DNA of 64,000 nt from Eledone cirrhosa (GCA_964016885.1 OZ024743.1:335854001-335918000); one strand, 5' to 3'. Counted from the first letter of the stretch, positions 1 through 14,363 are shown. Translations and numbers: made by a program. Notes: generated by a model not told the origin, from the sequence alone.

Positions 1-2812
1 GTTTGTGAACAATATATATATATATATTTATCATACACACACACATACACATGTACACTCATGTACACATATACATTTATGTGTGTGTGTGAACAATATA
101 TATCACACACACATACACGCACACACACACACATATATATATATATATGTATTTGTGTGTGTGTGTGTGCGTCTGTGAGTGATTGTGTGTGAATGTATGT
201 GTGTATAACTATACAAATACCTATGTCTGTGTGTATATCTATATAAATGCATGTATGCGTATATAACTATATAAATACATGTGTATGTGTGTATAACTAT
301 GCAAATACATATGTATGTGTGTATAACTATATGAATGCATATATGTGTATATAACTATACAAATACATATGTATGTGTGTATAACTATATGAATGCATAT
401 ATGTGTATATAACTATACAAATACATATGTATGTGTATATAACTATATAAATACATGCACACAGACACATTCAAAATTATATATAGTGAAATAAAATGCA
501 TATGCTGTCGGTTTCGACAAAAGTATTCCATTTGTACGATAAATCTGTGTCTGGTATTTGATGTCATATAAGGCTCATAGGTATAACACAAAACTTAAAA
601 TATTAAACAAACTTTTTAGTTCGTTTAAATATCTAATGTATTTTGAAATATATAGTTGCTATATAGCAAGAAAAATAGAAACTTCAACAAAATATGCAAT
701 AAGGATAGTAGTAAAAAAACATCAGCTGACATTTATATTTAAAAAAAGCAATTGAATTATAGCAGAAAACATTTAATAAATACTGGTAAATCAGTAAATA
801 AGGAGAATAATGGTTTACAAAAAAATTACATATGCTACATAGATGAAATAATCAAACATGGCAGAAAAAATAAACAAAGCATGTTAGAGCATAAAAATGT
901 TACACATAGCAAGTTAGTGATATATTTGAACATAAAGCATGTTATCAAAGAAGAAAAACAATTATTTATAGCAACAATATCACACTGTACATTTATATAG
1001 TTGTACATAAAAGAATACGAAATCAGTTTAGCGATATCAAAAAGCTTTTTATTCTAATATTTTACTTTCATCATAACCTGGTAGTTTCTATGTAATTGTT
1101 GATTTTTGAAAAACCCTGCATTTTAATGAATAGGTGACATCTATCTTCAGCTACTACAAAACCTAAGTCTCTTCTTTTCCTCTTCACACCTCTGCCTGAT
1201 ACTGGTATCATATAACCCACTACCACCTGCTTCATGGTCGAGTGGTCGGAGACAAAACCGATTACCCCTTCAGACCTTTGTCTGGTGAATTGGGTATGTG
1301 GGAACCCCAGAAGCACAAAAAGCAGGAGTTGTTAAAAGGGTGGATCAACTCCTCGGAGTCAACGGCCACCCACTCCAAACTATGGTTTAAATAGCCTCAC
1401 CAACACACAATTGGCCAAGCGTGGTGAGTATGGCTACATTCATGAAGATATGACCAAAACCAAAAGTGGTGGATATATACAAGGGAAGGGTTCTTCTAAT
1501 AGGTGTGAGAAGGCCCTGGATTTCATTGGATAGGACTACAACTGAAGATGTTTCCCCTAAAGCCATATACCCGAGAGGAAACTTTTCCACTGCTATGATC
1601 ATATAGTTCTTCTTGTTATATTATTTTGTTGTTTTTTACATAATCTGTTTTATTGATAAACACCAAATACACGAAAGTAGCAGCGGAAAATGAGCCTGAT
1701 TAACGGTTTTCGATGGGCAACGATAGCTAGTGGGGATGCTACTGAGCTACACAATGATAAATATCCCCAGCAGCGTTACTCATCATTATCACTCTAATTT
1801 TATAAACAACGATGACATTTTTATTTTTGACATTTTTATTCACAGAGAAAACGAAAGCAGCATTAGAGGAACAGGAGCAGAATAGCAAAGGAAGAGAGAA
1901 AGAGAGGGGGAGAGTGCGACAAACCCTACAGCTAGATCAGAGAGGTGTTTCGGCTGCGCCCCGCAGGCAAAATGGCAAAGGCATTTCCGTATGCGATGGT
2001 CAGTGACACACGCTGCAACAGCCACCCCAACTCGCGGGTTCCTTCTTCTGACGGGCCGCTATCGATTCCATATACGTAGGAAGTGTGCACGCCTGCATTT
2101 GTATGTATGTTGAACTTCCATCAGTTTAGATGACAGATGATTCAGCTTTTTCAATAACGGAACAGCATGCTCGTAAAATTAACGTGTAAGTGGCTCAGCA
2201 TTCCACAAATACTTGCATTCTTAAGAGATTTCACAAGGAGATTCTGTGTGACATAACGTGTCATTATGTGACACGGCACAATGTGCCATTGTGTGACACG
2301 GCTGATTCTTTTAATTATATGTACAACTAATTTTTTCCAGCTGAGTGAGATGGAAAAACGTAAAATAAACTGTTTTGCTCAAGGACACAACGCACCTCCG
2401 GGAATCGAACTCCTAATATTTGTGTGTGTCTATGTGTCTGTGTGTACTGATATATAAGACTAACTGAACACACGCGTGGTTTCCTCCCGTAAAAAAAGCA
2501 TTTTTCCACGTTACTTCCTCTTCTTATTCTCATCAATCGTTCTACTTGCTCTCTGTTCTGATGAAGGACTAACGCCTCAACTGTCGAGACACGTTTCTTA
2601 CTATATCAAGGGATAAAGTAGTATATATTTTATTGTAGTGTTGTTTTTCATCGTTGATTTTTCGCTTACATGCATAGATACATACACACACACACACACA
2701 CACATATATCTATATATGTATATGTTTATATACACAATGTATGTATACAATGTTTATATATACAATGTTACATTATATTATATATATATATATAATATTG
2801 CACATATGACAA

Positions 2813-2924
<112 letters not shown>

Positions 2925-2947
2925 CTATATACGTATGTATGTATGTG

Positions 2948-3010
<63 letters not shown>

Positions 3011-3433
3011 ATATATATGTATGTGGTTTTGTCTATATTTTATCTATGTATGTTCTTCATTGCCGCTGAATATAAATGCATGTATGAATAAAAAGAAAAA
3101 AAATAATATATATATAAAATGAATAATACGCCCAAAACTGATTTATGAACTTATGGAATTATCGGAAAAAACTGGAAGGAATGGATCAATTCCACTGAAA
3201 TACTATCTTCACAGGAGCTAACAATCTTAAATATTGAACACTTTACCATTACATTAAGTCGTCAGACTACTTTCATGTCCTGCTAATCAGATTTTAAGGA
3301 AAGAATACGAAGTTTTGAGGTTTTTCTTTAAAAAGGAATAATACAAATTTATTGGTATTCGGAATTAGTGTAGCATAATTCCTGTGAAGCCTCGTGGCTT
3401 TCTGTTCAGTGTTTCTAGCTCACCACTGTAATA

Positions 3434-3580
3434 TGAAGGCGCATGGCCTAGTGGGTAGAGCATTGGGCTTGCAATCGAAAGGTTGTGAATTCAATTCTCG
3501 GACCGGGTGATGTGTTGTTTCTTTGAGCAAGACACTTTATTTCACGTTGCTCCAGTTTACTCAGTTGTAGAAATGAGATG
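3434..3580 (+). mobile_element. tRNA-derived SINE (family A)
   Basis: A-box-like TGGCCTAGTGG and B-box-like GAATTCAATTC, then TTCTTTGAGCAAGACAC body; related fragment on the minus strand at about 2340-2415. Confidence 0.6.
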
Positions 3581-4082
3581 ATAAGACTGGGGTCCCTATC
3601 ATTAAATCACCCAAGACCCCTCTAACGAGATATACCTTGCAGGAGGCCAGCTAAACCTGCATATGTGTGAGCTGTCTCACACACACACACAGACTGTAAG
3701 GTCGTGTGTTTAATTTAGTACTTCAACGTGTTTTCTCATTGAAAACTTAATTTTATTTCACATTACTCCTGTCCACATAGCTGGCAAAGGGGGAGAATCA
3801 TGCTGATTATCCATCAGAATTTTTTGCAAGCATACTAGTGTCTATGGAATTCTCAGTCACTTGGACGTTCATTTCATGATCAGGCTGTTTTGTTGGACAA
3901 AAACTGAAGCATTCATCGCCGGAACCGACGAAGGTCCATCAGAGTTTAATTTTGATCTTCTGCTAGGTTTGGCATAACACCAAAAAATGTCGAGTATGCA
4001 CTTGTTGGTGTCGCTGTAGTGTTGTTCTTGTTTTCCTTGCTGTTGCTTAGATCCTAAGTTGGCTATAGTCGAAAAGACCTAT

Positions 4083-4570
4083 CATTATATACATATATAC
4101 GAATAGACTCATTACATACATACATACATTATATACATATATACGCATAAACTCATTACCTACATACATACATTATATACATATATACGCATAAACTCAT
4201 TACATACATACATACATTATATACATATATACGAATAGACTCATTACATACATACATACATTATATACATATATACGCATAAACTCATTACCTACATACA
4301 TACATTATATACATATATACGCATAAACTCATTACATACATACATACATTATATACATATATACGAATAGACTCATTACATACATACATACATTATATAC
4401 ATATATACGCATAAACTCATTACCTACATACATACATTATATACATATATACGCATAAACTCATTACATACATACATACATTATATACATATATACGCAT
4501 AAACTCATTACCTACATACATACATTATATACATATATACGAATAGACGCATTACATACATACATACATT
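4083..4570. repeat. 44-bp minisatellite (about 11 copies); decayed versions at 4870-5625 and 6700-6860
   Basis: Unit TTATATACATATATACGCATAAACTCATTAC(A/C)TACATACATACA recurs every 44 nt (4261, 4305, 4349). Confidence 0.9.
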
Positions 4571-4700
4571 AGATTTTATGCGTATATATGTATATAATTG
4601 TTTCTACTTTTGGTACAAGGCCAGCAATTATCCCAGTGTATTACTGGTACTTTATTTTATCGACCCCGTAAGGATGAAAGGCAAAGTTAACCTCAACTCC

Positions 4701-4870
4701 CGGCGAGGGTCGGACACTATGCTTTGATGTATAGAGTTACGGCCCTTGCCATTCTGAGTTCAAATCGCGCCGAGGTTAACTTTGCCTTTCATCCTTACGG
4801 GGTCGGTAAAATAAAGTACCAGTAATACACTGGGATAATTGCTGGCCTTGTGCCAAAAGTAGAAACAATT
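4701..4870 (+). mobile_element. tRNA-derived SINE (family B) with an inverted partial copy at 4597-4694
   Basis: GAGTTCAAATC B-box, core TTTGCCTTTCATCCTTACGGGGTCG..AAAATAAAGTACCAG, 3' end GTAGAAACAATT; many copies in the window. Confidence 0.85.
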
Positions 4871-5079
4871 ATATACATATATACGCATAAAATCATTACA
4901 TACATATATACATGCATTATATGCATATATATATATACAAACTCATTACTTACATACATACATGCATTATATACATATATATATATATATACAAACTCAT
5001 TACGTACATACATACATGCATTATATGCATATATATATATATATATATACAAACTCATTACTTACATACATGCATTATA

Positions 5080-5135
<56 letters not shown>

Positions 5136-5167
5136 AACTCATTACTTACATACATACATGCATTATA

Positions 5168-5229
<62 letters not shown>

Positions 5230-5230
<1 letters not shown>

Positions 5231-5364
5231 CGAAGGAAGTGTGGTAAGGAACCAGGTGGACCATAACGCACCAAAGTACTCAATACTTGAGGTAGTAGAG
5301 TGGGTAATAGGAACCAGTAAGACCCCGACAGCTGAGCTCAAGCCGTTTCGACGGCTAATTCTGA

Positions 5365-5368
<4 letters not shown>
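5230..5368 (-). mobile_element. Short (TA)n-flanked element with a half-hammerhead (family shared with 8281 and 27711)
   Basis: Minus strand reads GAAA-CGGC-TTGAGCTCA-GCTG-TC-GGGGTC; three homologous copies. Confidence 0.7.
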
Positions 5369-5399
<31 letters not shown>

Positions 5400-5625
5400 A
5401 ACTCATTACTTACATACATGCATTATATTCATATATATATATATACAAACTCATTGCTTACATACATGCATTATATTCATATATATATATATACAAACTC
5501 ATTGCTTACATACATGCATTATATTCATATATATATATATACAAACTCATTACTTACATACATGCATTATATTCATATATATATATATACAAACTCATTG
5601 CTTACATACATGCATTATATGCATA

Positions 5626-6695
5626 TGATGGCTGCCAACTCGTTTTCGAGTACGGCCACTACTTTATATCCATGTAGGAGCACGCCTACCGTTGCGCTGA
5701 ACGAGTGTCACTTTTTAGTCCAGCCAGCGACTTGAAAACTCTGGTACAAACACTACACTTGTGACAATTATTGACACATAATGCTGGACACATGGTACCA
5801 TGTGACGACAAGTGCAGAGAGATCTCCAGATATAAAGCAATGCCTGTGCCATGAAGCTTTTATAGTGAGCAAATGCACTGCACAAAGCCATTCCCACTCT
5901 CTTAACCAAGAGGATATTTACCAAAAAGAAGAACAAGTCAACATCATTGGATACCATCAGGGTTGCAGGTGTTATATCAGAGTTTTTCTTCTCCTAGAAT
6001 TCTGCCTTGACAAAGGCTAAGGGGTCATCTCTCCTGGTGATTTATATACATACATACATATATATATACATACATACACATACGGCAGCTGCCAATTCGT
6101 TTTCGAGTACGGCCACTGCCCCATATCCATGTAGGAGAACCCCTACCGATGCGCTGAACGAGTGTGACTTTTTAGTCCAGCCAGCGACTTGAAAACTCTG
6201 GTACAAACACTACACCTGTGACAACTATTGACACATAGTGCTGGGCCCATGGTACCATGCGACGACAAGTGCAGAGAGATCTCCAGATATAAAGCAATGC
6301 CTGTGCCATGAAGCTTTTATAGTGAGAAAAGGCACTGCACAAAGCCAGTCCCACTCTCTTAACCAAGATGATATTTACCAAAAAGAAGAACAAGTCAACA
6401 TCATTGGATACCATCAGGGTTGCAGGTGTTATATCAGAGTTTTCCTTCTCCTAGAATCCTGCCTTGACAAAGGCTAATGTGTCATCTCTCCCGATGATTT
6501 TGGATGGACATTGACTCTTAAGAGCTCCTTTGCCCTTTGACAGGTTTTGTTTTTAGTCCTGCAGGATGTCCAAAGTCACCCTCCTCACCAAGAAACATTG
6601 GTGGGGTTGCCAGTTTAGTCGCCAACGACCCGACTATGGGACAGGTTGTACTGGAATACATGGAATTACCAGTAGCACCAACTGGTGACCTGACA
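5626..6695 (-). mobile_element. Two tandem copies of a bipartite non-autonomous RTE-derived element
   Basis: Reverse complement of the 24978-25587 unit; copies at about 5626-6040 and 6085-6695. Confidence 0.75.
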
Positions 6696-6930
6696 ATATA
6701 TATATATGCATATATATATATGCATATATATATATACAAACTCATTACTTACATACATACATGCATTATATACATATACATATATATATATACAAACTCA
6801 TTACTTACATACATACATGCATTATATGCATATATACACCACATAAACTCTTTACTTACATAAATCCATCCATTAATACCTACATCAGTAAACCGCCGTC
6901 TGTTTCGAAGATGAATATCCCAATTGTTCC

Positions 6931-7005
<75 letters not shown>

Positions 7006-7023
7006 CAGCAGCAGCGGCAGCAT

Positions 7024-7085
<62 letters not shown>
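6931..7085. repeat. (AGT)n microsatellite
   Basis: Directly visible. Confidence 0.95.
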
Positions 7086-8245
7086 AGAAGGGAGAGGATG
7101 TGAGTGAAGGAGATTGGCGGTGACGGCAAGGCTGATAACAACGATGACAACCACAATTATGAAGATGATGATGATGGTGGTGGTGATGACGACAACGACG
7201 ACGGTTATACCGATGACAATGATGATGATGATGAAAACCAACAAACCCAGATTGGTCATAGGTGATGATTTATTAACACTCATGTTTCAAATCGAATCAA
7301 ATCGATATAAGTTTAATTATAGTTATATTATAAATGATAAATATATAAATGAATAAATATTTTGGCTGGATACTTTTGAGTATAATCTTAGCCAAGTCGT
7401 TGGTTTCTAGACTTGGACAATGGCCAAGATAACAGTCTTTCATCTGCTGCTAATACTAATAAAAGTCAATCAATGTTTAAGTTTTGTGGTTAACAGTTTG
7501 GGTAAACTATGCTATTGTACTCACTCAATGTGTTATAAAGGACTGTGTATGATAGAGTCAAGAGAAGCTGAACGGTTTTAATTCCTCTCACAAATGGCGT
7601 GAAATTCCTGATAGAATTGAAGAATTAAAAAAACCGTTTGATAAAGTTAGCAAAATGGATTTAAATAAAGTGTTTACATAATGTAAGACAATAGATGCTT
7701 TAAAATTAGATTATACACAGATTTAATTTTGTTGGCACTTACCTCTACTGTTATTGTACATATATGTACATATTGACATAATGGGCGACTGTGGAAGAAT
7801 GAGTAGTAATATATGTTTGCTGTTAATAGAGAAATTCAAGATGGTCTTTAGCTCAAGGTCGTTGTTTCTCATTATCTGGATAAATATGGTAAGTAAAATA
7901 ATTCCCACCATATTCAGTGGTGACAATCAAGTTGACAATTTTCAACTGTAATGAGATGGCTAAAAACTGTGCCTTATATACAATAAAAAGGGGCTACAGA
8001 ATGCTAAGTTTTGCAAACTGTATTTCGACCCATCGGCGTGTGGTTTCACTAGATTACTAAAGCTGATTGGTTTAGGCGTCACGGTTGGTTGAGCATGTCT
8101 AACGACTTCTATTTCACCCTATCGAAAGCATCAATTGTTTTGCTATTTTTAGAAATGATGACAATAGCATTTTGTAGGGTTTTTATAAAAAATCTTCAGT
8201 AATCATCAACATCAACATCACTTTTATTATTATTATTATTGTATA

Positions 8246-8280
<35 letters not shown>

Positions 8281-8281
<1 letters not shown>

Positions 8282-8474
8282 GGAAAAAGTATGATCCCGA
8301 CGGCAGAGCTCAAGCCGTTTCGACGGCTATTTCTGGTGCAGAAATAGCCGTCGAAACGGCTTGAGCTTTGCCGTCGGGGTCATACTTTTTCCTATTTCCC
8401 ACTCTACAACCCTAAGTAGTAAGTACTCTGGTGCCTTATGGTCCATCTGGTTCCTTACCAAAATTCCTTTGTTA
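8281..8474 (+). mobile_element. Fold-back element with a half-hammerhead
   Basis: Near-perfect palindrome 8281-8393 centred on 8337, plus a unique tail to 8474; flanked by (TA)n. Confidence 0.75.
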
Positions 8475-8800
8475 TATATATATATATATATATCGAAAGT
8501 ATAAATGTAACACATGAAAATTAATTTTTCTTCCCCTTTTTATTTTTATTATTATTATTATCACTATTATTATTATTATTATTGAATGCTATGGTTGACG
8601 GAGGCTCGGCTCTGTAAGTTATTGTAAATTTTGAACGCTATAACAATTGTAAATTGTTAAAAACTTTAACGAACTTGTAGACAAAAACACCCTCCTCCTC
8701 GTGAGAGGGGTCTCTCTGCCCGTTATTTGGCCCTTCGGGGTTAAATAACTGCTTATTGGGGTTTTGTGCCCAATATTTATTTTAAACAAAAAAAAACAAC

Positions 8801-10908
8801 ATGGCTACGAAAAAGAATTTTCATAGGTCACTCCCACTCATTCCGTCTTCTTCTTCCTCAATCATCACTACAGCAGAGAGAAGATTGTCTCTCTCCCTCC
8901 CTTCTTTAAATGTGTCTCTCTCCCTCCCTTCTCTTTCGCAAGCGACGACAGAAAAGAAAAGTCTCGTGCAAAGCGTGCAAGATTTCTCCACGACGACGAC
9001 GACAACGACGAAACAGGTGTGCAGGAAATACGAAAACCCATTTCATTCGTCTGACGTCAGGAATAATAGCAGTAGCAGCCGTAATAACAACAGCAACAGT
9101 GACAATGAAAACAACAGTAGCAGCCGTAACAGCATCACCAGCAGCATAAACAACAACAGCATTAGCAGCAGCAACACCAACAACAACCACAGCAACAGCG
9201 GCGGAGGCAGTAGTCGTAGTACCTGCAGTAACAACAAAAGTAACAGCAGCTCTGACGACAACAACAACAACAGCAGCAAAGAAAAACCAATCTCGTTTGC
9301 AGGTATCGTGAAGAACCTGGAAACAATCCTCATAACAAACGAGGAATTAGAGGAAGCGAAGAAGATGGTGACAAAGACTGGACACCGAGCAATCTGCAAG
9401 GCAGCGGAAAATTTTTTCGAAACCCAACAGCACTGTACGGTCACGTACCGTACAGTAAGTACAAAATCCCGTAGGGTTGAAAGAGCCACAGAGGCTCAAA
9501 TACAAAAAGCATTGGGGTCTGTGTGGCAGCGGAAAACGCACATCACCCGAGGCAAGAAATATGCCACCGTAGACGTACTTTTTGCCACACCCCAGGAGGC
9601 AAAGGCTCAATCCGTAGTGACCCTAAGGAGCGAGGAAATGATGTTGGTGCCCTCTTACTGCGGGCAAAAAACTGTGAGGGTCAAACTGACCCACGTCCCC
9701 CCCCCCCCGCGATGGCCCCTTCTTGGCTGGCCGCGTCTGTCCTCGTCGGAATCGAGGACAAAACAACTGTACTGCAAGTACAGAAAAAAGTAAGAGAAGA
9801 TTGGGTCGGCACCTCCATTGAGATGTTAATCCAAACCAACCAGGAGTGCATCGAAGCTATCACGGATGTGATAGACTTCGATAACGGCACTCAACTGCCC
9901 ATAAGTGTTGAGGGCAAACGCCCGAAATGCTTTCGCTGTGGATCGAAGACTCACCTCAGGGCCTTCTGCAACGAGAAGACCCTGAGAAAGGAGAAAACCC
10001 CCCTCCTTCCGAAACCGGCTCCACGGCTACCAGCAACAGGACAAGCGGCAACCAGGAACGATAGGTCCGTGGCACCCATACCCACGCCACGGAAGTCAAA
10101 AACAGCAGCAGCAGTGGAAATATTAACAACAACAACAGCAATACCAAATGCAGCTGCAACAGAGACTCCAGTGCAAACATCACCAACAACAACAAGTGAA
10201 AGAGTGGAGCTGGTACCCCTCCCCGACCTCACAGAATCAGACATGGAGTGTGAGGTGGGAGAGGGATGGCAAAAGGTCGTAAGAAGGCACAAACGCAGAA
10301 GCAGCGCATCGTCGCCTTTGAAAAGGGAGGAAAGAAATGAGAAAAGGGTAAAATCTACTGCAAAGAGAGTCACAGCAGCAACACCACCAACACCATCACC
10401 ACCCACACTAGCACCACCATCACCACCGGCGACAACCCCACCGCCAACAACACCTTCAACACCACCACCACAAGCACCAACATCGCAAACACAACAACAA
10501 AACACACACAACCAGCAACAACGACAAGAAAATAGCAGAACCACACCCCACCCCCAGAAAAACAAATGCACGGCAATAAATACACACAACAAGAAACTAA
10601 TGACTTACATATTTGAACACACAGACATTTCACAACATGACTACATAATACCAGCACCAATCAAAACGCCAACTAACATAAGACTGCTAAAAATAGTACA
10701 GAAACAATACACAAACATTAAAACGAAATTCCCCAACGCAGTTGGTGATTTCAGGGACCTAGGAGGAACTATCAATCGAAGAGTATATTCGGACATACTC
10801 ATAGAAGAGCCGACGACCAGCCGAAGGGACGATGCAACGGTCCCTTCACCAGACGATCAAGTGAAAAGGGATGTAAAAACCATCCCTCCTCTACGAAAAG
10901 TACGGTAA
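8801..10908 (+). pseudogene. LINE ORF1 (gag-like, zinc knuckle), frameshifted
   Basis: CFRCGSKTHLRAFC (CX2CX4HX4C); frame change in the C12 run at 9697-9708; the homologue reads THVPPAIEIPWL in one frame. Confidence 0.85.
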
Positions 10909-10943
10909 GTGGTCTTTCCCATCTTTTCCACTCTATTTTAAAC

Positions 10944-13900
10944 ATGACCTCACTCAGAATAGGCAGCATAAAAGCGCGTGGCTTGGGGTCGTCATGGAAG
11001 CAGGGTCACCTGCTCAACGACCTCAGGTCACTAAACATAGATGTAGTGGCCATCAGCGAGACCAGAATCTCCGAAGCACGGGCCTACGCACCGATCTTCG
11101 GCGGCTACGATGTGTACGCATCTCCCAGCCGTCCTGGATCGGGGGGAGGAGTTGCTGTGCTTTTTAGGAGAGGTTTGGATCTCGCCATACGGGCCATCTT
11201 CCTGGACCCAGAGGGTAAACTGGTGGTGCTGCACGTGACCAGCGGAGATGGGCAAGCTTTCAGGCTAGTGGCCGTCTATGCCCCGACAGGAGCAGGGCGG
11301 CCTGATTTCTTCCGGCGTCTGGAGACCTTTCTTGGAACGTCCCGCTCTTTAGTTTTAGTGGGCGACTGGAACGGGATATTAGATGCACGCTGGGACTGTG
11401 TGGGATTAGCGGCTAGGGGTGGAGGGTGCAAGAGCCTCACCAACCTGCTCAGGCGTTTTGAACTGTCTGACAGGTACCGATTGGATTTCCCGAATGTGCC
11501 AATGTGGACTTGGACAAATCGCATAGGGTCATCCAGATCATATCTAGATAGAGTATTTTGTAGGGAAATAGATAGGTCTAGCATAGGCTGTCCACAATTC
11601 AAGATAGTCAGCTACACGGACTACAAATTCGTGATCTGTGTGCTTGACTTAGATAGGCTTCATAGACGAGGACCCGGCTACTGGAAGCTAAACGCGTCCT
11701 TACCAGCGCGCAAGGCCTACAGAGAACGGATTAGCGAACTAGTTAAGCGGGCGTTGACGGGGGCCATCGTCAACAACAAGTGGTGGTTTGCTCTGAAAAG
11801 AGCGATTAGAATAGAATCCATTAGGTTTAGTAAGGCTTTAGCAATAGAGAAAAATAGAGCAGAGGGAGAACTAGTTAGAAAATTAGACGAGGCGCTTAGC
11901 AAAGGCATTGCGACCGACGTCCTTGCGGCGAAATTGGCCCTTGACCAATTCTTCAATGCAAAGCACGAAGGCTGCGTTGTCAGAGCAAGGGTGCGTGCTC
12001 TCAGACACGAGGGGACGAAAGCCGTTCAATGGGCCCGAGTGGCGGAGGCGCGTCGTGGCAACAAAGCCACGATCCGGTCTTTGATGGACCACGACGGGCG
12101 CATGCTACTCGATCCCGGGCAAATGTGTGAAGCTTTTCAGCGACACTTCGCTCAACTTTTCGGGGGCAGTGGCGGGCCGGATCGAGGGATGGACTTTAGT
12201 GTCTACCTCGACGGACTGCCGCGGCTTTCGGCCACTGAGGCGGAGTGTTGCGAAAAGCCGATAACAACCGCTGAAGTACGGGATGCAATGACTAGTTGCA
12301 CAAGGGGTAAATTGCCTGGTTTGGATGGTCTGCCCTATGAACTTTACGTACAAATGCCAAACTTGTTCGGAGGCCTCTTGGCGGACGTCTACTGCAACTG
12401 GCAACAGAACGGGAGAATTCCCAGCTCTGTGAGCCGAGGAGCGGTGGTGCTGCTGAGAAAGGATCCGAACAAGGGGGATAACATACATAATTTTAGGCCC
12501 ATAACTCTGCTAAACACAGAGTTCAAGATTTTGGCCAAGGTGCTAGCAAAGAGGTTGGCGCTTGTCGTTGGTGGTCTGGTGGGAGAGGCACAGACATGCG
12601 CCATTCCCGACAGATCCATCCACGACAACCTCCACCTCATGCGATACATCGTAGAGAGGGTAGCTAGGGAACCTGGCACGGGTGGGTCTTTGATCAATTT
12701 AGATCAGTCGAAATCCTCCGATAGGGTCGACCATCGTTACCTAGCGGCTGTCCTGAGGGCGGCTGGCTTTGGGCCCGTCTTCAGAGGCTGGATCGCTGCC
12801 ATGCACAGCGACATCTGCTCTGTAGTGAGAGTGAACGGTCACCTGTCGGAACCGTTCAACATCATGCGCTCGGTCCGCCAAGGATGTCCCCTCTCGTCCC
12901 TATTGTACGTATTGACTCTCGAGCCATTACTGCACAAACCGGAGACGTTGAGGGGGGTCCCGCGTGAACTAAGATGCGGAAGATCCGTGTCAGCATATGC
13001 GGACGATGTCACCGTAGTGGTGTCGAACGCCAAACACATCGAGGCGATCGGCACTACACTAAGAGAATACGAAGCGGTGACAGGAGCAATGATCAACCAG
13101 GAAAAGTCAGTGGGCCTGCAGCTCGGCACCTGGAGAGGCAGGTCTATGCTGTCCAACAGCGTCGTCCGGCAGTGGATGGACCGACCGGTTAAATTGCTAG
13201 GGGTCTGGTTCGGTCCAGACCTCCAGACGGACAAAAACTGGGACGAGGTGACGAGCAGGGTGGCTTCTCTCACCCAGAAATGGGCCGAGAGGAAGCTATC
13301 CCTGAAAGGTCGAGCGGAGGTGGCTAACGCGTACATCGCGTCCGTCATCTACTACCGCCTGACCGTCGTACCTTGTCCTAAGCCCCGCCTGACTGCGCTG
13401 GAGCGTTTGCTCTTTCGCTTCTTGTGGAAGGGACGCGCTCCGGTGGTCAGGCGGTCCATCTGCTGTCAACACCCGCTACGTGGAGGGCTGGGCATGCCGT
13501 GGCTGATGATGCGCAGACACGCGCTCAGGCTACGACATCTCCACCGCTTCCTCAACGGTGATCAGGTATGGTCGCCGTTTGCTAGACACGTGTTTCCCCA
13601 GCTCGTCTGCTTGACGGAGCTGCAGTCCTGGGTCAAGCGAAGACCGAGAGGGAGCGCTTGGAGACTGGAATGTCTTCAGGCGCTCACAGCCCTCGACCAA
13701 TCGGGCAATGTGATCGGTGGAAACTCCACCTTGGCGTTCTATAGGGGATTAGTGGAAGGGAAGAGCGACGACGTACTTGGAGAAACTCTAGGCGTCGACG
13801 AAAATCAACTAGCCAATCTCTTCGGAAGGACTTTCGAGCCGGGGCCTATGGACAACTTCCAGAAATCCCTGACCAGGCAGTGCTAGCGGGGAGCTTTGCC

Positions 13901-14363
13901 AGTTCGGGATAAACTCTACAGGCACGGAGGTGCCGTCAGCCGGGCATGTCCGAGATGCGCACAGGGTGACGAAACCGTCCTGCACGCACTCGTCCAGTGT
14001 CCGAGCATTGCTGACTTGTGGGTTTATGTCGAACACCTGCTGTCACGTGTAGGACGGATCCAGCTATCAGCTGAGTCCATTGTGAGGATTGCCCCGCCCT
14101 CTTCCTTTAGCCGGGAAGGGCAGGCAGTTTTTATCTGTCTGGTGGCCATGGCGAAAGAGATAGTATGGTGGACACGTTTGAAAGGGCTGAAGACGAGCAC
14201 TTACCTCTTCGGTGATACCCTGATTAACTTTTTCAAATTTCATTTGAAAAGGAAAATCAGGGTAGAGAGGGAAGTGCTCTCTTCCCAGCATTTTGTTGAA
14301 AGATGGGTGAGAGAAGCAAGTATGGCCCGAATGAATGGGCCTTCTCTGAGTATGTGTCTGTAA
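10944..14363 (+). pseudogene. LINE ORF2 (APE endonuclease, reverse transcriptase, C-terminal CCHC) with one premature stop
   Basis: ISETR, VGDWN and YLDR endonuclease motifs; FRPITLLN, QGCPLS and YADD RT motifs; TAG at 13884-13886 replaces Tyr of CYRG and the same frame continues to CPRC..H..C. Confidence 0.92.

Noticed and set aside
1812-2006. Possible host exon after a tttttattcacag acceptor (KTKAALEEQEQN...)
   Set aside because: Short, no recognisable domain, no partner exons identified.
2551-2600. CTGATGA-agg...cct hammerhead-like start
   Set aside because: No GAAA box or helix I partner; at best a heavily decayed copy.
4083-4570. Regular repeat array superficially like CRISPR
   Set aside because: No unique spacers, eukaryotic context; simple minisatellite.
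7560-7951. Possible hAT transposase C-terminal remnant
   Set aside because: Only vague resemblance and multiple stops.
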